DNA from: Patescibacteria group bacterium | GTDB lineage: Bacteria > Patescibacteriota > Minisyncoccia > Phycocordibacterales > Phycocordibacteraceae | DNA: 64,000 nucleotides | NCBI GenBank assembly: GCA_038064495.1 | Contig: JBBTSZ010000002.1 | Coordinates: 280,934-344,933 of the forward strand | Reading direction: 5' to 3' | Shown here: positions 50,423 to 61,968 of the stretch, piece after piece | How the letters are laid out: each line of letters opens with the position of its first letter | How positions within the stretch are numbered: position 1 is the first letter of the stretch | The notes under the pieces: model-generated | What the model was told of the DNA's origin: nothing | Databases searched by the model: none | The model's input: only the letters and a program-made list of their open reading frames with translations | Made by a program: the position numbers and the translations under genes

Positions 50423-51226
50423 ATGGACACGCTCGTAGCAACCACGAGCGGAGTGGCCACAGTTGCTACTGCTGTGGTCCATGAAAGTCCTATACACGTC
50501 TCCTTGAAGGCGGAGGTGCTCGGCCACTTCCTTGGCTTACCTATTACGAACTCACTCCTGATGACATGGCTCGTCATGGCGCTTCTCATTGGATTTGCCT
50601 TCTTTTTTGGTCGCTCACTAACGCTTATTCCTGGAAAACTACAGGCGGCCGTGGAGTGGCTCTTTGAGGGAGCGTATGGCTACGTAGTTGAAACGTTTGA
50701 AAGTGAGGAACTCGCAAAGAAATTCTTTCCACTCATCGCCACCATTTTCCTGTTTGTGCTTGTCGGTAACGAGTTAGAGTTTGTGCCTGGTGTTGGCTCC
50801 ATCGGATTTTTTCACGGTACGGAATTTGAGCCACTCCTTCGTGCACCTGCAGCAGACCTCAACTTTACTCTTGCTCTCGCCTTCATTTCTTTCTTTACGA
50901 TTGAAATCACCGGACTGGCGGTACTCGGTGCATTGAAGTACTCCGGCCGATTTGTTAACTTTAGTTCACCGGTTAACTTTGCCGTCGGCATTATTGAGAT
51001 AGTCTCCAACCTTGGACGTCTTGTCTCCTTCTCCTTCCGTCTCTTTGGAAACATTTTCGCTGGGGAAGTCATGATTCTGGTGGCAGGGTACTTCTTGCCG
51101 TATCTCCTACCCGCGCCCTTAATCGGGTTTGAGATGTTTATTGGAGCCATTCAGGCATTGGTGTTTGCCATGTTGACGATGTTCTTCATTAAGTTGTCGG
51201 TCACTGATCCGCACGAAGCTCATTAG
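50423..51226 (+). CDS. atpB: F0 ATP synthase subunit a
   Basis: SFSFRLFGNIFAGE, IQALVF. Confidence 0.95.
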   Translation: MDTLVATTSGVATVATAVVHESPIHVSLKAEVLGHFLGLPITNSLLMTWLVMALLIGFAFFFGRSLTLIPGKLQAAVEWLFEGAYGYVVETFESEELAKKFFPLIATIFLFVLVGNELEFVPGVGSIGFFHGTEFEPLLRAPAADLNFTLALAFISFFTIEITGLAVLGALKYSGRFVNFSSPVNFAVGIIEIVSNLGRLVSFSFRLFGNIFAGEVMILVAGYFLPYLLPAPLIGFEMFIGAIQALVFAMLTMFFIKLSVTDPHEAH

Positions 51227-51281
51227 GGAAACCTAGTGGCTTGGTGCGGCTCCGGGATGGAGTTCGAACTTATTAAGATAA

Positions 51282-51518
<237 letters not shown>

Positions 51519-51539
51519 TTTTCTCTAAGCGTCTGTACC

Positions 51540-51983
51540 ATGTCTGAACTCTTCGACGCATTCGGCCTCCAACTTCCCTTGCTTATCGCGCAGGCGGTGA
51601 ACTTTGGCGTGCTTATGGTGGTACTGTGGTATCTCCTCTATAAGCCCGTCATGGCAACGCTTGAGACTCGCCGACAGAAAATTGCGTCAGGCGTGGCGGC
51701 TGCTGAAATGGCTGAGGCGAAGGCCGCTACTGCCGACGCTGAAGCAGCGAAGGTGGTACACGGTGCTGAGACTGAAGCAGAAGGCATAGTCTCGGTGGCG
51801 CGCGAGAGCGCTCAGTCTGAGCGCACACGCATCATCAAGGAAGCTGAAGCACGCGCTGCTTCAGTAGAGAAGGATGCAGAGGCACGCGCCAAGGAAGATG
51901 CAGCACGCCTACTACGCGACAGCGAAAAGGAAATTGCACGCTTGTCGGTGCTTGCGGCTGAGAAGGTCATTCGTTCCAAATAA
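51540..51983 (+). CDS. atpF: F0 ATP synthase subunit b
   Basis: AQAVNF..LYKP..RRQKI; operon position. Confidence 0.92.
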   Translation: MSELFDAFGLQLPLLIAQAVNFGVLMVVLWYLLYKPVMATLETRRQKIASGVAAAEMAEAKAATADAEAAKVVHGAETEAEGIVSVARESAQSERTRIIKEAEARAASVEKDAEARAKEDAARLLRDSEKEIARLSVLAAEKVIRSK

Positions 51984-51985
51984 GT

Positions 51986-52354
51986 ATGGAGAAGCTCTAC
52001 GCAAAGGCTCTTACGCAACTCGCGCATAGTGAGGGAGCTGATACGAAGAAACTCGTAGAGCAACTCGTGAAGGAACTCACCGCTTCAGGACGCACCAAGC
52101 TCCTACCGGAGATTCTTCGTGAGCTTAGAGTGCTTGAGGCGAAAGAGGCGAAACGTGCGCCAAGCGTAGAAGTAGCGCATGAGAAGGAAAGTACCGAAGC
52201 ACTCGCCGAAGCAAAGAAGCTCGGCATAGAGGTTTCCAAAGCGCACGTAAACCACGCCTTGATTTCAGGATGGCGCGCGCGTTCAGGCGGAACACTCATA
52301 GACCGAAGTGCGAAGCGCGGACTCATTGACCTCTACCGAAAGGTAACTAACTAA
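51986..52354 (+). CDS. atpH: F1 subunit delta, short form
   Basis: YAKAL, LISG..IDRS; operon position. Confidence 0.8.
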   Translation: MEKLYAKALTQLAHSEGADTKKLVEQLVKELTASGRTKLLPEILRELRVLEAKEAKRAPSVEVAHEKESTEALAEAKKLGIEVSKAHVNHALISGWRARSGGTLIDRSAKRGLIDLYRKVTN

Positions 52355-52372
52355 GTAATAACCACACACATC

Positions 52373-53923
<1,551 letters not shown>

Positions 53924-53938
53924 TACTCCCAACCACAC

Positions 53939-54847
53939 ATGGCACTCAAAGACATCAAGCTAAAGATTCTGGCCACTAAACGCATGAATAAAGTCACGCG
54001 CGCCATGGAGGCGGTCTCTGCCGTGAAAATGCGCAAGACTCAGAACGCGGCGTTTAATGGACGTGCCTATGCGCGCGCCGCGCTTTCCATTCTGACGCGT
54101 CTTTCGGGTACAGAAGATGTTATGCGTCACCCACTTGCAGCAAAACGTAAAGGCGACACGATAGCGCTCGTGCTCCTTACCAGTGATAAGGGTCTTGCGG
54201 GAGGACTGAACGCCGGTGTGTTGAAGCGAGCATTAGGAGCACTCGAGGGGCGTGAGAAGTCTAAAGTGCTTGTCTACGCCTACGGACGAAAGGGACAGGA
54301 ATATTTCCATAACCGTGGCTATACGATTGCTACGTCGTACGAGAACAAGAGTGATGACGTTGATATCGTAGCGATGGAAGAAATTGCCAAAGAACTCTCC
54401 GACGGGTTTCTTGCAGGGAAATTCAACAAGGTTGTCACGGTCTACAGTCACTTCAAATCAACGTTTGAACAGGTCCCGACGATGCGTCGTTTGCTTCCCC
54501 TTTCACTTGTCGCACTTACCGAGATTGTGGAGGGCATTACGCCAGCAAAAGGTAAGTGGAGCACGGTCGCAAACCTAGCGGCACCGGCTGCGTATGAGGT
54601 GGAGCCGTCTGGTGATGAGGTGCTCGGGATCTTGGTCCCGCGCCTCGTCAGCGTCGCGCTCTTCCACATGCTTCTTGAGAGCAAGGCATCCGAACACTCT
54701 GCTCGTATGGTTGCTATGAAGAATGCTTCTGATAAATCAAAGGAGGTAGCACACGACCTGACACGCAAATTCAACAAAGTACGTCAGGCTGCCATCACTC
54801 GCGAGGTGTCAGAAATTGTGAGTGGGAGCACGGCCCTGTCCGCGTAA
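53939..54847 (+). CDS. atpG: F1 subunit gamma
   Basis: SDKGLAG, SEHSARMVAM, RQAAITRE. Confidence 0.96.
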   Translation: MALKDIKLKILATKRMNKVTRAMEAVSAVKMRKTQNAAFNGRAYARAALSILTRLSGTEDVMRHPLAAKRKGDTIALVLLTSDKGLAGGLNAGVLKRALGALEGREKSKVLVYAYGRKGQEYFHNRGYTIATSYENKSDDVDIVAMEEIAKELSDGFLAGKFNKVVTVYSHFKSTFEQVPTMRRLLPLSLVALTEIVEGITPAKGKWSTVANLAAPAAYEVEPSGDEVLGILVPRLVSVALFHMLLESKASEHSARMVAMKNASDKSKEVAHDLTRKFNKVRQAAITREVSEIVSGSTALSA

Positions 54848-56257
<1,410 letters not shown>

Positions 56258-56381
56258 TTTCGTCTGCGTTGTTGCGGGTCCTGCTCTTTTCTTCCATCGT
56301 ATAGCACATACGTTTACAGAAAAGAGCTTCCCGCGCCTAGCATCCAAACTCATTTTACGTCGTCTCACCTAACAACATTCT

Positions 56382-56627
56382 ATGGCTAAAACATTTCATC
56401 TCACCATTGCCCGCGTCGGAGAGAATCTCTTTGATGGGGAAGCCACGTCCGTAACGCTTCCGGGTGAAGAAGGGGTGTTCACCGTGATGGCTCACCACGA
56501 AGCATTCGTGACACCACTCAAAGAAGGCGAAGCGAGTGTTGAAACTGAAAACGGAGAGCGAAAAGCCTTCCCTATTCAAAAAGGCATTGCGGAAGTGTCT
56601 AGTAATCAGGTAACCGTGCTCCTCTAA
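56382..56627 (+). CDS. atpC: F1 subunit epsilon, N-terminal domain only
   Basis: VTLPGEEG..V..HH..F..L..G; 81 aa. Confidence 0.88.
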   Translation: MAKTFHLTIARVGENLFDGEATSVTLPGEEGVFTVMAHHEAFVTPLKEGEASVETENGERKAFPIQKGIAEVSSNQVTVLL

Positions 56628-56652
56628 GTCTTTGGTATACTGAAGTTACTAT

Positions 56653-56886
56653 ATGGGAGTACAAGATTTTTTTACCCGACAGCTGATGAAATCAAAGCTG
56701 AAAGATGTACCGGAAGCACAACGCGAACAAATTATGACCTTGGTGACCAAGGATCCAGAACTGTTCAAGAAGATTGGAGAGGAGATTGACCGTCGAGTGA
56801 AGAAGGGGGGCGAACCGCAAATGAAGGCGTCTATGGAGGTAATGAAAAAGTATCGCTCTGAAATTCAGGCCCTCATGGCCCGCTAG
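56653..56886 (+). CDS. Small helical hypothetical protein
   Basis: 77 aa; TGGTATACT upstream. Confidence 0.65.
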   Translation: MGVQDFFTRQLMKSKLKDVPEAQREQIMTLVTKDPELFKKIGEEIDRRVKKGGEPQMKASMEVMKKYRSEIQALMAR

Positions 56887-56888
56887 AT

Positions 56889-57467
56889 ATGGCTTCAAAA
56901 AAGATTTTTATTTTGATGGGGAATCCGGACTCGGAGACGGTAAGTAATGATTTTGCGAATGCATACGAAGCAGAAGCAAAAGCAGTCGGACATGATGTTC
57001 GCCGTACGAATCTCATTGATATGCACTTTGATCCCCTCCTGCATAAGGGTTACAAAGTCATTCAAGAGCTTGAACCGGACCTACGTACGTTTCAAGAGAA
57101 TCTTAAATGGGCAGAGCATTTTGTGCTTATCTACCCAGTCTGGTGGTCAGGCATGCCTTCTCTCCTGAAAGCACTTTTTGAACGTATGTGGCTACCTGCG
57201 TTTGCCTTCCATTTCTGGCCAAACGGTCTTGGCTGGGACCAACTGATGAAAGGTAAGACGGCGCGTCTCATTACTCTTTCCAAAATGCACCCATTTTTCA
57301 TTCACCTTATGTCGGGTGACCACACTTCAGCGCTTCGTAATGGCATTCTGAGATTCTCAGGATATCGTGTCGCACTTACTGAAGTAGGTGGAAGCGAAAC
57401 GCTTACCGAAGAGAAAAAAGCATACTGGATACGACGAGTGCAACGTCTTGCACGGAAAGGCAGGTAG
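56889..57467 (+). CDS. NAD(P)H dehydrogenase, flavodoxin-2 family
   Basis: FDPLL, LEPDL, YPVWWSGMPSLLK, KGKTAR. Confidence 0.9.
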   Translation: MASKKIFILMGNPDSETVSNDFANAYEAEAKAVGHDVRRTNLIDMHFDPLLHKGYKVIQELEPDLRTFQENLKWAEHFVLIYPVWWSGMPSLLKALFERMWLPAFAFHFWPNGLGWDQLMKGKTARLITLSKMHPFFIHLMSGDHTSALRNGILRFSGYRVALTEVGGSETLTEEKKAYWIRRVQRLARKGR

Positions 57468-57481
57468 GCTATAGTGTCGTA

Positions 57482-57610
57482 GTCGAAGTGTTTGGAGCGA
57501 CGGACTCCTGACACCCGGGTATGGGCGATGCTCCCACACGCCCCCTTGCCTTTGCGCTTCAAGCACTTCGACACCTGCACCTTTAAACCGCGCTTCAGGC
57601 GGTTTTTCTT
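57482..57610 (+). ncRNA. Candidate small structured RNA
   Basis: TATAGT 57470-57475; 18-bp closing stem with G-U pairs; terminator 57585-57612. Confidence 0.6.
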
Positions 57611-57992
57611 TTGCACATTGACATAATAGTCATTTCGTGTACTATAGCAAAAGAAGGTCAGGGATGGACCTTGGTAACGAAAGAAAGATGCATATGCTTA
57701 TACTTTGTATATCTCTTACGCTTTCGGATACTGCAAACCCGGTCTATGAGGTACAGCCGGTTCATGTATGTAGTAGAGTCATGTGAAAACTATCTACGAC
57801 CTGCAAATGATGAACATTGCAAAGCATCCTAAAGGCTCCCCAGGTATCAGTCGCGATTGGTATCAGAAGCAAGCCAGCCAGTAGAGGCAACCCCACGCTC
57901 TTACTAATAAGAACGTCTTGGTCCCCGTCGAGCGCTTTAACCAGCGATCCGGGGACTTTTCATTTATTACATAACCACGTAAGGTAATACAC

Positions 57993-59090
57993 ATGTTGAA
58001 AATTGGAATTGTCGGATTGCCAAACGTCGGGAAATCGACGCTTTTTAATGCACTCACCAAAGCTGCGGTGCCTGCGGAGAACTACCCGTTCTGCACCATT
58101 GACCCATCTGTTGGGGTCGTTGGCGTGCCAGATGAGCGCCTCCATAAGCTCGCTGAGCTTTCAAAGTCCGAAAAGACGATTCCGGCAGCCATTGAGTTCG
58201 TAGACATCGCAGGCCTAGTGAAAGGTGCCTCTGAAGGTGAAGGACTCGGAAACCAGTTTCTCTCAAACATTCGTGAGACAGACGCAATTCTCCAGATGGT
58301 TCGATTCTTTGAAGACCCGGATATTACCCATGTACATGGAGAAGTAGACCCGGTTCGGGATATTGAAGTTATTAATCTAGAACTCATCCTCGCTGACCAA
58401 GATTCGGTTCGAGGACGCCGTGAGCGTCTTTCCCGTGACGTGAAGATGAATATAAAAGAGGCGGTTGCAGAAGACGCGTCTCTTGCAAAAGTAGAAGAGT
58501 GTCTTTTGAAAGGAAAACTCGCTATTGTCGCCACCCTTACAGATGAAGAGAAGAAACTCATTAAGTCACTCAACTTACTTACGTTGAAACCGATTTTGTA
58601 TGCATTCAATGGGAAATCAGGCGGACACAACCTGGATGAGATGAATGACGGACGCGCTGAAAAGGCCTATGAGTACGTGGAATCACTCGGTGGGAAATAC
58701 GTCGCCATAGATGCACGCACCGAGCACGAATTGAACGATGTATCGGAAGATGACAAGGAAATGTTTCGTTCCGAGCTTGGTGTACAGGATGACGGTATTG
58801 CTGACCTTATCCGTGGAGCCTATACCATCCTCGGTCTCATTACGTTTTTTACGACCGGCCCCAAAGAAGCACGTGCATGGACGGTGAAGCGTGGGGCACT
58901 TGCGCCAGAGGCGGGTGCAGCTATTCACAATGACTTTAAGGATAAATTTATCCGTGCTGAAGTCGTTCAGTGGAACAAACTACTGGAAGACGGTTCGTGG
59001 AGTGCCGCACGCGATAAGGGTGACATTCGCACGGAGGGTAAGACGTACGAGACTAAAGACGGCGACGTCATGGTGTTCCTCCATAGCTAA
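57993..59090 (+). CDS. ychF: Redox-regulated ATPase YchF
   Basis: GLPNVGKST, NYPFCTIDP, DIAGLVKGAS.GEGLGN. Confidence 0.97.
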   Translation: MLKIGIVGLPNVGKSTLFNALTKAAVPAENYPFCTIDPSVGVVGVPDERLHKLAELSKSEKTIPAAIEFVDIAGLVKGASEGEGLGNQFLSNIRETDAILQMVRFFEDPDITHVHGEVDPVRDIEVINLELILADQDSVRGRRERLSRDVKMNIKEAVAEDASLAKVEECLLKGKLAIVATLTDEEKKLIKSLNLLTLKPILYAFNGKSGGHNLDEMNDGRAEKAYEYVESLGGKYVAIDARTEHELNDVSEDDKEMFRSELGVQDDGIADLIRGAYTILGLITFFTTGPKEARAWTVKRGALAPEAGAAIHNDFKDKFIRAEVVQWNKLLEDGSWSAARDKGDIRTEGKTYETKDGDVMVFLHS

Positions 59091-59093
59091 AGA

Positions 59094-59124
59094 AAAACCC
59101 CAGACCACTACGGTCTGGGGTTTT
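59094..59124. terminator. Bidirectional terminator
   Basis: aaaaccccagacc-actac-ggtctggggtttt. Confidence 0.8.
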
Positions 59125-59143
59125 GTGCGTGGGATGCCGGCAA

Positions 59144-59326
59144 TTACGCTTCGATGTCGCGGCCTGCGTGCGAGCGCGCCTGAATCTGACGATGGCGAGA
59201 AATTCGCTTTTCGCGTTCAAGGGCTTCGGCCTTGACGGCTGCCGGCTGCGCAGCACCCCTGCGTGAGAAGTCGGCAGGGATGCCGAAACGCTTCATATGG
59301 GCGACCTTGCGAGTAATGTAGTCCAT
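59144..59326 (-). CDS. Small basic hypothetical protein (60 aa)
   Basis: TTGACA-17-TATAGT (59401-59373), GGGAG SD. Confidence 0.6.
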   Translation of the reverse strand: MDYITRKVAHMKRFGIPADFSRRGAAQPAAVKAEALEREKRISRHRQIQARSHAGRDIEA

Positions 59327-59562
59327 GACTATCTCCCTTAGTGAGATTGGAACACCCGAACCTCTGTATACTACTATACACCATATAGTAGTACTTGTCA
59401 AGTATGAGAAAGCTCCGAAGAGACTTTCTCGTCGGAGCTAAAAGAAGCGGGAAAGATTGATGATGGGTTCAAAGAACAGGTACGTTGTGTACTTAATTCG
59501 TTCCCATATAAAATAAACGAGCCTTCTCAAGATGCATCTCCCTTATGTTCAGATATGATTCA

Positions 59563-59757
59563 CTACCCTTGGTGTTCTTCGCAGAATGCCGTGTTCGCAT
59601 GAGCTTTGTTCGGACACCGACAGCCGCTGCCTGGGTGAGCAAATCGACATTTCCTATCGGTCGTATCCCTCTTCTCCTCCATTCTGCGTCGACGATGTCC
59701 ATCACTCACGCCAAGTTTCGTTCGTAATTGTGGGTCATGTAACGGGTAAAAGGTCAT
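59563..59757 (-). CDS. Small putative zinc-finger protein (64 aa)
   Basis: GGAGG SD; CRFAHPGSGCRCPNKAHANTAFCEEH. Confidence 0.6.
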   Translation of the reverse strand: MTFYPLHDPQLRTKLGVSDGHRRRRMEEKRDTTDRKCRFAHPGSGCRCPNKAHANTAFCEEHQG

Positions 59758-59859
59758 CGTTTCCTCCTGCACGTTTTCTGAGCTGAGTGTACCTCAATCA
59801 TTTTGAATTATCTAGATAGTCTCAAAAAAACGTCGCCCGACAAAGCGGGCGACAGGTAG

Positions 59860-60198
59860 TCAAGAATATACATGCATGGTGGGCGTCATATCGTCCCAAA
59901 AGTGTCGCTCGGAGCGCAATTCACCTAGTTCAATGCGGAGTTCATCTCCAATGAGGAAAAAACGCGGCTCAAGAAAATCAGCACGTCCCTTGAGAAAGAT
60001 GCGATGCATCTCAAGAAAGTGCACGGTCTGGTCCTGGGCCCTCCAAATAACCCCACGGTCAAATCGTTTTCCACCTCGCCAGACAACAATGTATTCACAT
60101 ATCCCGCACGACGCAGGAGGATGTAACTTATCTGTTGAGTGTATGGTCCCATCAGATTCTCGCCATTCAAACCCAAGCGTGGTCACGGTGATAATCAT
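59860..60198 (-). CDS. Hypothetical protein
   Basis: GGGAG SD; hairpin 59824-59853 downstream. Confidence 0.55.
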   Translation of the reverse strand: MIITVTTLGFEWRESDGTIHSTDKLHPPASCGICEYIVVWRGGKRFDRGVIWRAQDQTVHFLEMHRIFLKGRADFLEPRFFLIGDELRIELGELRSERHFWDDMTPTMHVYS

Positions 60199-60290
60199 GA
60201 CTTTTCTCCCGTACAAGTACCTAATCGGAAAGTAACACACCCTGAATAAAAAACACGCCGGTTCCTTGCGGAATCCGGCGTGCGTCTCGT

Positions 60291-60641
60291 CTAGCGAGCA
60301 TTGATGGGATTTGGCTCACACGTGGCCTCCTCGTACTGAGGTGGGTCCATGGCGTCCGAACGAGCCTCAACCTTGAAGTGATAGCCGACTGGGCACGTAA
60401 CCACAATGCGACCGTTCGACCACCTTTCCAGTCGTGGAGAGTTTGATACTGAGTACGCAGTACTCACCGCGCCTCCACCTGGATACAGGATTTTTGGTGA
60501 TTCAGGCCACTTTCCACTGGCGTCCATCCCGACCTTCTGCGCAATCTTGTTTTCGCTGTATATGGTAGCGATAACGAGTAAAGCAAGGACTGAGGCAACT
60601 ACTACCAGCGGTTCAAGCTCGTTCCATACTCTTTTATACAT
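60291..60641 (-). CDS. Single-TM hypothetical protein
   Basis: TTGACA-16-TACAAT (60705-60678); hairpin 60246-60284 downstream. Confidence 0.6.
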   Translation of the reverse strand: MYKRVWNELEPLVVVASVLALLVIATIYSENKIAQKVGMDASGKWPESPKILYPGGGAVSTAYSVSNSPRLERWSNGRIVVTCPVGYHFKVEARSDAMDPPQYEEATCEPNPINAR

Positions 60642-60708
60642 AAGAAGCCCTTTCTACAGATTTCAATTCCACTAAAGATTGTACGTTAAATTTGAAACAT
60701 GTCAAATA

Positions 60709-60915
60709 CTACACACCAAGACCTTGCAAGCTTGCTGAGTAGGAACTAATAAAAGCTGGAATAACAAAAAGGAGGCCAATAAGTGGAAGGAGGAAAAGGA
60801 CTACGGTGATAATCAAGGTCCACTGAAAATACTTTCGTGTCTTCTCTACCGATGCATAGACTGCTTCTACCTTGAGGGTGAGGTCTTGTAGTTTTTGAGA
60901 AAGGTCGGGTTCCAT
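60709..60915 (-). CDS. Small membrane protein
   Basis: SVEKTRKYF.WT followed by TM; TATACT 7 nt before ATG. Confidence 0.7.
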   Translation of the reverse strand: MEPDLSQKLQDLTLKVEAVYASVEKTRKYFQWTLIITVVLFLLPLIGLLFVIPAFISSYSASLQGLGV

Positions 60916-60963
60916 AGTGTGCAGTATACGGCATGTCTAAAGATGTGGTATAATCTTGCCACT

Positions 60964-61953
60964 ATGGAAAACACAACTGCACCGGTAACCCCACTATCAG
61001 GTTCTAAAACTACCCCTAAGGATTTCTTCCTCTGGCTCGGAGCCATCATCGCGCTCTATGGAGCAATTACCTCAATCATTACGCTCTTGTTTGAATACGT
61101 AAACTATTCGTTCCCCGATCAGCTTGCAGGCTACGGTGACCCGTACGGTGGCTCGGTGCGTTTTGCCATGGCATCCCTTATCGTACTGGTTCCTACCACG
61201 GTCGTTCTGTTCCGTATTATTCGCGGCACGATTATTAAAGAGAGTGGTAAAGCATCTATATGGGTTCGTCGTTGGGCACTCGGTCTCACACTATTCATCG
61301 CAACCATCACCATCCTCATAGATTTGGTGTATCTCATCAACACCTTCCTGGGTGGCGAAATAACCACTCGTTTTGAACTCAAGGTTCTCATCATCCTTCT
61401 TGTTGCCGCCGGAGTGTTCATGCACTTCCTTGCGGACCTTCGCGGTTACTGGATAGAAAATGTACAGAAGGGAAATATGGTAGGTGTTGCGGTTGGTGTG
61501 CTCGCTATAGCGACCATTGTCGCTGGGTTCTTCATTGTTGGTTCACCAAGCCATGTGCGTGACCTTCGCTATGACGATCAGAAAGTAAGTGATCTCCAGA
61601 ATATTCAGTATCAACTCACCAACTATTTCCAGCAGAAGCGCGCACTCCCTAAAACGCTTGATGAGTTGAATGACCCATTGACGAACACCATTGTTCCCGT
61701 TGATGGTCAGACGGGAACGGCCTATACCTATGAGGTAAAGACGCCACTTTCCTTTAGTCTCTGCGCGACGTTTAATGCGCCGACACCAGACACTGCCGGA
61801 CGAGGTAACTACGGCAAGGACGTTTCCTATCCGCAACCGATAGGTCCTGACCCACTAAACGAGAATTGGAAGCATGGTGTCGGAGAAACCTGTTTTGATC
61901 GCACCATTGACCCAACCAAATACCCAGCAGTGCCAGCCGTAAAAGGTCTCTAG
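60964..61953 (+). CDS. DUF5671 membrane protein with pilin-like C-terminal domain
   Basis: PKDFFLWLG, FLGGEITTRF, D..KVSDL..I, FSLCATF. Confidence 0.75.
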   Translation: MENTTAPVTPLSGSKTTPKDFFLWLGAIIALYGAITSIITLLFEYVNYSFPDQLAGYGDPYGGSVRFAMASLIVLVPTTVVLFRIIRGTIIKESGKASIWVRRWALGLTLFIATITILIDLVYLINTFLGGEITTRFELKVLIILLVAAGVFMHFLADLRGYWIENVQKGNMVGVAVGVLAIATIVAGFFIVGSPSHVRDLRYDDQKVSDLQNIQYQLTNYFQQKRALPKTLDELNDPLTNTIVPVDGQTGTAYTYEVKTPLSFSLCATFNAPTPDTAGRGNYGKDVSYPQPIGPDPLNENWKHGVGETCFDRTIDPTKYPAVPAVKGL

Positions 61954-61968
61954 AGCACGGCATCACTC

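Noticed and set aside
57482-57572. SRP (4.5S) RNA or fluoride riboswitch
   Set aside because: Domain IV CAGG..GNRA..AGCAG is absent; ggcgatg is not followed by the fluoride consensus
57618-57960. Coding gene after the TTGACA-16-TACTAT promoter
   Set aside because: Only short ORFs in different frames with no recognisable motif; possibly decayed, not callable
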